The notes below the pieces were generated by a model that saw nothing but the letters and a program-made list of their open reading frames with translations, was not told the origin of the DNA and made no database searches. This document shows positions 26,716-37,842 of a DNA stretch of 64,000 bases, piece after piece. The number at the start of each line of letters is the position of its first letter. The stretch's first letter is position 1. The stretch comes from Geosiphon pyriformis uo1 (taxonomy: Eukaryota; Fungi; Glomeromycota), in contig JAAOMT010000708.1 in assembly GCA_016748015.1 (NCBI GenBank), positions 186,001 through 250,000 of the forward strand, read 5' to 3'. Made by a program: the position numbers and the translations under genes.

Positions 26716-27279
26716 GAGGTACCAGTTAATATGGTGGAGGAAGAAATTGTTGGCCAAGGAGAAATTATCTCAACTGGTCAAGCTATTTCCATTCCACCAT
26801 ATAGCCAGTACATGTTAACAATAGAAAGGAAAGAAAAGGAGCAAGAACAGATTTTTGAAGCAGAAGCAACCCTTTGTGAATCAGGAAAGATTGAGTTGAT
26901 CAATTTTTACATACCAGCCAAAAGCTATAGCAGCATAAAAATTCCCATCTATAACAACACTAACAATGTTATCAACATACCAGAAGAAACCACCATCAGA
27001 TATTTAACCACAGAAATAGAAGACCAACCACCAAACCCCATTCCAGACTTTCCACAACTTTGTGGATATGTTGACATTACATCACAAACAATCTATGGAC
27101 GAGACGAATGTTATTTGCTCTAACCAGAACAATTGGAACAAATAAACATGGAAAACTTAGATTCACTTCAATGTATACAGCTTAAGATGTTACTCAACAA
27201 TTTCAACAATATCTTTGCCAGCAAAAATGAGTTTGGCCGAACTGACATCATCCAGTATTAAATCAAGACTGAAGATGCA

Positions 27280-28542
27280 ATGCCAATCAAACAAAGAGCA
27301 TACAGAGTGCCACCAGCCAGCCATGAGATTATTCGTCAAGAGATAAACAGAATGCTTAACAATGGGCTAATTCAACCATCAATGAGTCCATGGTTGTCAC
27401 CAATGATACTTGTCCATAAGAAAAATGGAAAAATCCAGTTTTGTGTAGACTACAGGAAACTCAATGGTGTAACTCGTGGAGACAGTTATACAACTTCACG
27501 AATACAGAAATTATTCGATGCTTTTGGTGGGAACAAATAGTTCTCCACATTAGATTTGGACAGTGGTTACTGACAAGTAGCCATAAATTCAGCTGACAAG
27601 GAGAAGACGGCATTTACTACTAGAGAAGGGAATTTCGAATTTGAAGTAATGCCATTTGGCTTAACCAATGCCCTAGCAACTTTCCAATGGCTAATGGAAA
27701 TCATTTATACTGGCTTATTGTGGAAATCAGTAGTTGTATACTTGGACAACACCAATGTATTCTCAAAGACATTTGATGACCATCTTCATCATCTTCAACA
27801 AGTGTTTGAAAGACTAAGAAGAGCAGAACTAAAGTTAAATGTGACAAAGTGCTTCTTTGGCAAGACAGAACTCAAATTCTTGGGACACATAGTCAGCAAA
27901 GATGGCATCAAAATGGATCCAGAAAAAATAGAGATAGTAAAGAACTTTTTAGTGCTGACCAATATAACAGAACTGAAATCATTCTTGGGATTTGCCAGTT
28001 ACTATTGTCATTTTATCAAGAACTTTTCCAAGATAGCGCAGCCACTCAATCAACTGCAAAACAAAAATGCAAAATATAAATGGACAGAAAATCAACAAAA
28101 AGCTTTTGATATTCTGAAGAAAAAGCTCATCCAAGCTCCAGTACTGATCTATTTAGATTACAGCAAACTATTCATCATCACCACCGATGCATCCGGCCAA
28201 GTATTGGGAGCAGTATTATCTCAGAGAAAACTGGATGGCAGAGAACATCCAGTAGTATATGCCAGCAGAGGTTTAACACCAGCCGAAAAGAACTATGGAA
28301 CACCGGAACAAGAACACTTAGTAATATACTGGGCCATCATGAAATGGAAAAAATACTTGAGCCAGAAGTTTGAAGTATACACAGATCACAAGAGATTAAC
28401 ATCACTCCAAAAACAAGAATTTCGAGATGGAAGACAGTCAAGATGGAAAATGGCACTCGCACTATACAATTATACTATACATTACAAAAAAGAAAAAGAC
28501 AACAGAAATGCTGACGGTTTGTTGCGAATAAGACAAATCTAA
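27280..28542 (+). pseudogene. pol: Reverse transcriptase and RNase H
   Basis: FCVDYRKLN, MPFGLTNA, YLDN, FLGH; TDAS, TDH, NADGL; TAA 28540-28542. Confidence 0.96.
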
Positions 28543-28605
28543 GAACATTTCAACCCAAAAATATAATAAAACCAGAACAATACCAATGAAAAAATACAAC
28601 AAAAG

Positions 28606-29988
28606 ATGAATATACAAAAATATTAACAATTGCAACATTATCTAAACACTCAACAGTTCAAGAAGAATTTATCTCATATGGAACGAAGGAGTATCAAACA
28701 CCAATCAAAATATTTTATCACTCACCAAAATATACTTTATTGAAAAAATAGAAGAGATCCAGATCAACCAACCAGAGTAATTATGGAGCCAGAAAAAGAG
28801 ACAATATTATTCAACATGCACTCAAATCTAACAGCAGGATATTTTCACAAAGAAGCAACCATGGAAAGAACCAGAAAGAGATATTATTGGCCATCAATGT
28901 ACCCAGACATTATTCAATATGTTGAAAATTGTGATGCTTGTCAGCAAAGAGGAGGAACAAGACCCAGTGAACCATTAAGACCAATCAAAGTGGGACAACC
29001 ATTTGACTGTATGGGAATTGATTTAGTAGGACCATTAACAATCACCAGCAGAGAAAACAGATACATAGCAGTAGTTATAGACTATCTCACTAAATGGCCA
29101 GAGGCAAAAGCAATTCAAAGAGCGGATGCAGAATCTGTTGCTGAATTTGTTCATCAGGATTTGATTTGTCGACATGGATGTCCAAAAAAATTATTATCAG
29201 ACCAAGGAACTCATTTTGTGAACAGAACATTAACAGAATTGAGCCAAAGATTCGGAATCAAGAGACCATTATCATCACCATACCATCCACAAACCAACGG
29301 ATTAGTAGAAAGATTCAACAGAACATTGTGTAAAGCAATAGCCAAGCTCAGCCAAGAAAACCAGAACAATTGGGATTTGTTCATATCATTAGTACTATTT
29401 GCTTATCGGACTACGAAACAAAATACTATATAAGCAACACCATTTGAATTAGTATATGGAAGAATAGCAACGTTACCAGTAGAGAGAGAAATTAATACAT
29501 ATCCAGCGGAACCAATAACAGAGGAAAATTTTCAAGAAACATTGCTGAGAAGAACATATGACTTAATAGAAACATTGAAAAACAAACGAAGAAGAGCAGC
29601 TGATAATATCCAAAAATCACAAAAAACACAGAAAAAAAGACACAATAGTCAACTACCAGACAAACCAATTGAATTCAAGATCAGAGACAAAGTATTACTA
29701 TATCGTACCAAAGTGAAAAAACAATGAAGTGGAAAATTTGATCCCAAATGGGATGGACCATTTCACATAGAAGAAATTCTAGGAAATGGAGCTTACAAAT
29801 TAAGATTGGATAACAAAATTTTAACCAAAGCAGCACATGGAGATCGACTAAAACTATATCACAACATTACACTACTATCTACCAGTAATATTCCACAATT
29901 AGGAGTACAGAGAATACTAGTCCAACCAGATGAGATTCCATGAGATCGGAAACCAATTATTATTATCAACAACAACACGTTAAATTGA
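28606..29988 (+). pseudogene. Integrase (separate ORF)
   Basis: ATG 28606; H..YYWP..CDAC; IDLVG, SDQG, GLVERFN; WDGPFHI (GPY/F module); ends shortly after PIIII. Confidence 0.92.
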
Positions 29989-30021
29989 TCCATCAAAAGA
30001 ATATATAAAGACATGGTAAAC

Positions 30022-30672
30022 ATGACAGGAAATATCAGAAAAATAGAAATTACAGACAACATTCACTTACTAGCACAACAACTCTTTCAATTAATCCAAC
30101 ACCAGGAAATGGAAATTACAATCAATCAACAAACCATTTGATATCAAGATACTAGAAAGACATTTCAACTCAGAACACAGAAAAAAACTGAAAATACTGT
30201 GGACAAAATCATGGCAAAAGTAAAATTAGTAATAAAAGAATCAACAAAAGAGTTATTATATCAAGAGTTGACGAAAAAAACTTGGAATTGGTAGATACAA
30301 CAATTTCCACAAAACTATTGTTATTTTTACTTGGAACAACACGTAAATATCCAGAATCTATATATGGATAAAACAAAGCGATTATTCGACCAAAGAGTAC
30401 TACAACAATTAGAATATTTTGTGGGAAAGAACAACTTATTCACACAAGCCCGAGCCATATACCAAATACACACAGCATTTCAAGATAAACCAGAAATATT
30501 GCTCAACAAAGCAATAGATCTGGTTACCAGTAATCAATTGGGAAAAATCACTAATGCTCAATTTAAAGAATTACAGACCCAAATAACACAAGTAATTTTC
30601 AAAAATAAAATTCAGGAAATACTTTAAGAGGAGAAATTACATAAGTTAGATTTCGATAAAGCTCAATATTAA
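30022..30672 (+). pseudogene. ORF3, ~215-aa unknown protein
   Basis: Open apart from transition-type stops; homologues in C1, A1, A2 and E; start codon inferred. Confidence 0.65.
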
Positions 30673-30685
30673 AAGAAGAGAATAA
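30671..30685 (+). promoter_or_regulatory. Polypurine tract
   Basis: AAAAGAAGAGAATAA directly before the 3' LTR. Confidence 0.85.
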
Positions 30686-31569
30686 TGTTACTCATAGAAA
30701 TATAAGAAATATATTAGCATAATTATTAGCCAATCAGAAGTAAGCATAGTAAATGTAGAATTCTAGGATTTCTCTCAGGAATTGCAGGATTCCAGGAATT
30801 TTAGGATTCCCAATGAGGAATTGCAGGATTCCAGAATTCCAGAATTCCTCTCAAAGAAATCGCAGGATTCCAGGAATTCCAGGATTCCTGTCGTAAAGAA
30901 TTAAGGAATTAAGGAATCTCAATTATGTATATATAGCAGTAGTATTAGAAACAGAAAAAACAGAATTGATACCACAGAATTCTTAATCTAGAAACACAAT
31001 CATCAAATAAATAATTATTTCATATCTCAAATCTACTCCCCACTATCAACCCTTTATGTTGATAGTAATTGATACTTAACTACGCTGGAACAATAGCTCT
31101 TGATCACGGCTATTAATGGGATACTAATCTGTAAATTGCCTTGGCTTATTTTTTTGCTTTCTTTATTTTTCTTTTATTTCTTTTTCTTTATTTTATTTTG
31201 ATTTGTTGTTATATACTAATTGATAAAAGATTAAGCACTGAGTTATTGACGTCAAGAATAGCCTGGTAAAAGACCCAGAAATACAGGTAGGATTTTATAT
31301 ATTATTAGATAGCTTACCAGAAGAGCACGACTGCCAAACTAAATCCAGCCACCATGCTGAGAAAGAAATTGGGAAAACTCTTAGAAAATATATTTACTAT
31401 CAATACTATTGAATCTCTGTTCATTATACAAAGGACTCAACCAAAACCTTCAGATCCATCAAAACCTTCAGATACAGCACCTTCAGAACAGCCTCAATAG
31501 AAGTAGCTTTTGAGCACCAAGTTACAGGTTTGTTATTTAATTCAACAGCAGAAATATTCACCTGTAACA
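30686..31569 (+). repeat. B1 3' LTR
   Basis: TGTTAC...GTAACA, 884 bp. Confidence 0.97.
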
Positions 31570-33200
31570 ATGATAATAGATATTTTTATTGATATGAATA
31601 TAATTTCACTTCAAATTATAAAAAACTATCTTTTAAAAAAAAAAATATTTGATAATTCCTTATTATTAACTACTATTTTTTGCTTCTAATACTTTTACTA
31701 TATATACATAATTTGTGTTATATAAGATTTCTTGAAATTTTTTAATTTTTTTGAAAAAAATTCTGGAATTCTGGAATCTTGTAATTCTTCAAGAAAAATT
31801 CTGAGATTTTAGAATTTTTTTTTTACTATATTTCTTTCTTATTGGCTATTTTTCTACTTATTTTGATTTTTATTTCTATAAGTAACATTATTTTTTTTTT
31901 TTAATATTAAACTTTATTGAAATTTTCCAAATCTTTTAGCTTTTTTATATCTTTTTTTTGAATTAATTTCATCATTTTTTTCTCTAAAATTACTTAGGCA
32001 ATTTTGATTTGTAATTCTTCAAATTAGGCATTAGTGATTTTTTCCAATTAATTAATAGTTATTGTATTTATTATTAGATATAGCAGTATTTTTAAACAAT
32101 TTTGAAATTTTGCATCAATTATTTCTTTTTTGATATTAATTTTTTTTTTGCAAAACTAGATTTAGACACTAATTAGACTATTGTTGTTGTCAAAATTTCT
32201 AGTACTATTTTCAAATTTATATTTATACATAAATAAGATTCCAATTAGATAACTGTTTTTTTTGAATATTAAAAATCAAATTCTGTATTAGTATTATGTA
32301 CACATTCTAATATGATATCTTCATTATTACATTAAACCATTTAAGTTCCTGTTTTTTTAAAAGATTTAGAGGCACAATATATTGTTTGAAGTTGAAATTA
32401 GAATTTAAATTATCATTGTTGTAGTTGCTATTGTGAATAATATTGAAACTGTTATTGTTATTATTATTATGATCTGAATTATAATTGAATTTTAATTTTG
32501 ATTCTAAAGCATACTTGTTGATTGGTTCTTTTTTTTTGGAAATTGAATAAATTATTCATAATAATAGATTGTAAATAAAGTCACAATTGTCACAATATTT
32601 GAATTTACTAAGAATTAAACAATATTTACAAAGTTTAGTATTTAATTGTTCTAAATACTGCTTTTGTTTTTCTTAGATAGGTATTAGATCTTAACAATAT
32701 TTATAGAATTGTTTTAGATTACTCATTATATTAATAAATACATTTGAATTGAAAATGAAAACAGTTTCAACAAATTTTGGTAGGTTATTTTTAATTGTCA
32801 ATATTTTGCTAAGTAAAATGTTTTTAATTTTAGCACTTGTCATTTTTTAGATTTTGTCTTTGTTATGTAAATAACCATCCAAATGTAAAAGCACTTAATT
32901 CTATATAATATTAAAAGACATTTTTTAGCTTATCTAGTCACTAATAAGAATTGTGTATTGGTATAAAGTATTATATATTTCTCTATAACTAAGAATGTTA
33001 TTCTATATTCTTTTATTAAGTAGTATTTTTCTACAAATAAGACATAGTTTGTTATTATACTTTTTTTGTTATTTTAAGTAGCCAAAATGTTTTTAATAGT
33101 GTGCTTTACAATAATAACAGATATGTATTTTATAGTTTTCTTTTGGTAAAATTTAAGCTTCTATAGATAAAATCTTTTTTTTACAGTTTTTGTATTTGAG
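31570..33200 (-). mobile_element. Element E: last piece of 3' LTR (to 31887), PPT, ORF3 tail fused at ~32110 to dUTPase N-half and Zn region (RT-RH-IN deleted)
   Basis: Minus strand reads ...IIDA then KFQNCLKILLY..ITNA; Cys clusters at ~32590-33190. Confidence 0.8.
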
Positions 33201-33209
33201 TAAAATATA

Positions 33210-36200
33210 AAATAGTATTAACAATAGCAATAATAACAATTTAAACTCTAATTTAAACTTTAAACAATATATTATGCTTTTAAATCTTTTGATAGAACAG
33301 GAACTTAAATAGTTTAATGATAATAATAAAGATATTATGTTAGAATATATATATAATATTAATGCTAAATTTGATCTTAGATATCTTAAAAAAATACTAT
33401 TATATTAAAACTCTATTTACACATTAGTATAAATTTAAAATTAGCACTAGAAATTCTGGTAACAACAATATTTTAATTAGTGTTTGATCTAATTTAGCAA
33501 AAAAAAAGATTAATTTTAGAGAAAAAATAATTAATACAAAATATGTGAAAAATATTGTTGTAATACTATAAAACAAATCAAAAAAGATATATACTATTAA
33601 ATCTAATAAAAAGATAGCACAAGCAATATTTTTATTTTTGATAAAAATAACTCAGTTAATATTAGTAAAAACAAGAAAAAAATTAGGAATAATTGCAAAA
33701 GAAATAAATAAATTTAGATTTATAAATAAAATAAAGATACTAGTTAATATAATAAAAAAAACAATTGATTAAGAAAAAATTATTTTCACTCATCAATTAA
33801 TTTTTATTCTACCTTATAACCAATACATATTAGCTATAGAGAAAAAAGTGAAGAATTAAACCCAATTATTTAAAATAAAATCTATTATTTGTAAATCAAA
33901 AAAAAATTGTGATTATTAATCTGTATTTTTCAGCCAAAAACCACAAACATATTAGAATTTTATTATATAATACTACTAAAGATCCAATAGAATTACCAAT
34001 TGAAACTATTATTGGATACTTAAATATTAAAGTTAAAAATTAAATATCAATCACTATTTCAGATTTTTTACAACTTTGTGAATATGTAAATATTATATTA
34101 TAGACCATTTATAGATATAAAAAATGCTATTTGCTATAGCCAAAACAATTAGAACAAATAAACTTGGAAAATTTAGATTCACTACAATATATGCAAATTA
34201 AGCTGTTGTTCAATAATTTTATTAATATTTTTGTAAGTAAAAATGAATTTGGCAAAACTGATATTATTTAACACCAAATCAAAATTAAAAATGCAATGTT
34301 AATTAAATAAAAAACATACCAAATACCATTTGTCAGCCATAAAATAATCTGACAAGAAATTAACCAAATATTGAACAATAGATTAATTCAATTATTAATA
34401 AGTTTATAGTTATTACCAGTAGTATTTGTACAAAAAAAATGGAAAAATTCACTTTTGTGTAGACTATAGAAAGCTCAACAGTATTATTTATAAAAATAGT
34501 TATTTTACTTTACAAATTCAAAAATTATTTAATGCTTTTAGTAAAAAGAAATAGTTTTTTATATTAGACTTAAATAATAGTTACTGGCAAGTAATTATAA
34601 ATTTAGCTAACAAAGACAAAATAGCATTTACTATAAAAAAAAAACTTTGAATTTAATGTTATGTTTTTTGGCTTAATCAATATCTCAGCCACTTTCTAAT
34701 GGCTAATAGAAATTGTTTATACTAAAGTATTATAGAAATCAGTAATAGTTTACTTGAATAACACCAATATGTTTTTTAAAATATTTAATAACTATTTTTA
34801 TTATCTTTAACAAATATTTGAAAGTTTGAAAAAAGCAGAATTAAAGTTAAACACCACTAAATGTTTCTTTAAAAAAACAAAACTCAAGTTTTTAAAACAT
34901 GTTATAAGCAAAAACAGCATAAAAACAGATCCAGATAAAATCAAAAGTAGAAAAATTTTTTCAAAGTCCACCAACTTAACAAAATTAAGAGCATTTTTGG
35001 GATTTACAAAATATTATTGTCATTTTATCCAAAACTTTTCCAAATTGACTTAACTAGTTTCAAGTTAAAAACACCAAATATAAATAAATTAAGAAACAAC
35101 AAAAAGCTTTTAACACATTAAAACAAAAGCTTATTTAAGCTTTAGTATTAAATATCCAAACCATAGCAAATTATTTATTATTACAACTAATATATTAGAC
35201 CAAGTATTAGAAACAGTATTATCACAAAAAAATTTTAATAGATAAAAATATTTAGTAGTATATATTAGCCAAGATTTAAGTTTAACTAAAAAAAATTATG
35301 GCATTTTAGCATTAAAATATTTAGTCATTTACTGAACTGTCATCAAATAAAAAAAATACTTAAGTTAAAAGTTTAATATGTACACAAACCACAAAAGATT
35401 AACATCAATTCAAAAGCAAAAATTTGCAAATAATCATTATATTAAATAGAAAATAGAGCTTTTACTATTTTTATATATTATATACTATAAAAAAAAAACA
35501 GAAATGCTGATGACTTGTAACAAATAAAACAAATCTAACAATATTTTAACCCAAAAATAAGTCAAAAAATAAACACACAAAAATATTAACAACTCTAATA
35601 TTATATTAATATTTAATAATTTAAAAAAAAATTATTTTAAAAAGAACAAAACAACTTAAAACAACAATTAAAATATTTTATTATTTACCAAAATATATTA
35701 TATTAGAAAAACAAAAAGAATTAAACCAGCTGCTTAGAATAATCACAGAACCAAAAAAAAAACAATAATATTTAATATGTATTTAAATCCAACAACAAAA
35801 TATTTTTATAAAAAAGCAACTATGAAAAAAATTTAAAAAAGATATTATTGGTTATTAATATATTCAGATACTATCTAATACATCCAAAACTGTGATATTT
35901 GTCAAAAAAAAAGAAGAATAAACTCAATAAACCATTAAAATCAATTAAAGTAGGACAACTATTTGATTAAATTGGAATTAACTTAATTAGATCATTAATA
36001 ATAACTAACAAAAGCAATTAATACATAGCAGTAGCCATAGATTATTTTACAAAATAGCCAAAAGCAAAAGCAATTCAAAAAGCAAATGCAGAATCTGTAG
36101 CCAAATTCATATATCAAAGTTTAATTTGTCGACATAAATATTTAAAAAAATTGTTATTAGACCAAAAAACTCACTTTGTTAACAGAATATTAACAAAATT

Positions 36201-37675
36201 AAGTCAAAAATTTGAAATCAAAAGATTATTATTATTTTTATATTACTTATAAACAAATAGTTTAGTTAAAAGATTTAATAGAATATTGTGTAAAGCAATA
36301 ACCAAAATCAGCCAAAAAAACCAAAACAAATAGAATTTATTTATACTATTAGTATTATTTGTTTATTGAACAATAATACAAGATATCATACAAGCAATAT
36401 TATTCAAATTGGTTTATAGTAGAACAGCAATATTACCAGTAGAAATAGATATTCACACATATCTAATAGAATTAATAACAAAAGCTAACTTTCAAAAAAC
36501 ACTATTGTAAAGAATATATAAGTTAATAAAAATACTAGAAAACAAAAAAAACAGTTGGTAATATACAAAAAGCACAAGAGAAACAAAAAAAACAACATAA
36601 TAGTTAACTATTAAATAAACCAGTTGAATTCAAGATTAAAGACAAAATACTCTTATACTATACCAAAATAAAAAAACAATAGAGTAAAAAATTTGATTCT
36701 AAATGAGATAATTTATTTCACAGTAAAAAAATATTGAGAAATAGAGCATATAAATTAAGATGAAACAACAAAATCTTAATTAAAGTAGTATATAGTAATT
36801 AACTAAAACCATATTACAATATAATATTATTAGCTACCAATAATATTCCATAATTAAAAGTACAAAAAATACTAGTTAAACCAGATAAAATTCTATAAGA
36901 TCTGGAACAAATCATAATTATTGAAACAAATACATTAAATTAATTTACTAAAACAGTATATAAAAAACCAACACATATAACAAAAGCAACAAAAAAAATA
37001 AAAATTACAAATAACATTTATTTTTTAATCCAATAACTATTCCAACTTATTAAATATTAAAAATAAAACATGAAAATAATATTATTTATAAAAAAATAAA
37101 AATTATAATAAAGAAAAAAATAATTAATAGGAAATTGGCCTAGTAAAAAAATAATTTCAGAATTTTTCTTAAAAAATTTCAAAATTTTTTTTAAAAATTA
37201 AAAAAATTAAAAAATTTCATATAATGAAAATTATGTATATATAGCAATAGTATTAAAAGCAAGAAAAGTAATTAATTAAATTCAAACAAATACTTAGACA
37301 AGTAATTATTAAAAATATCTCTTCTTTTATTAATAATTACTATTATCCAAAATAGAATCATATTAAATAAAATTACTCAATTTAATTATTTATTTTATGT
37401 TATTATACATTAATTGAAATTTTTACTAACTATCTCTCTATTAGTAAATAATGTTAATAATATTTAATACTTAATTACATTAGAACAATAGCTTTTAATT
37501 ATAGTTATTAAGAAGATACTAAATTTTATTGTCTTTCTTAATTTTTTTATTTTTATTTTTATTTTTTTGTTGTTTATTAATTAATTAAAAAATAAGTATT
37601 GAAATATTAATGTTAAGAATAGTTTGATAAAAAACTTATGGAACAAAGATAAAAAACTTAAGAATAAAAATTACA
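33210..37675 (+). mobile_element. Heavily decayed family-B fragment G: dUTPase, RT, RH, IN, truncated ORF3, partial 3' LTR (~37080-37675)
   Basis: Colinear with B1 26170-30110; ORF 34826-35053 is RT palm/thumb. Confidence 0.88.
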
Positions 37676-37842
37676 AAATTAAAAACTTTTTTCTTTTCTA
37701 TATTTCAAATTTTCCAAAGAGCATTTTTTAAAAAAAAAGTTTTTTATTTTTCTGTTTTTGTTTTTTTTGTTCTATTATCTTCACTATTTTTCAAGCAAGT
37801 AATTCTTTTGTAATAAACCTGATGACTGCTTTTGTAAGCAAT

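Larger units (their letters stand above)
21371..31569 (+). mobile_element. Best-preserved full-length family-B Ty3/gypsy element B1 (10.2 kb)
   Basis: Two 884-bp TG...CA LTRs, TSD ATAA/ATGA, PBS, PPT; all listed ORF fragments from 22963 to 30627 that match retroelement domains share frame +1. Confidence 0.97.

Noticed and set aside
27736-27753. YLDN instead of YLDD as a genuinely variant RT active site (Asn in all five copies)
   Set aside because: GAC-GAC spans a CpG and G>A gives AAC; hypermutation is the simpler explanation, though a consensus check is needed
29860-30672. Chromodomain or env gene after integrase
   Set aside because: No chromodomain aromatic motif, signal peptide or transmembrane helix visible
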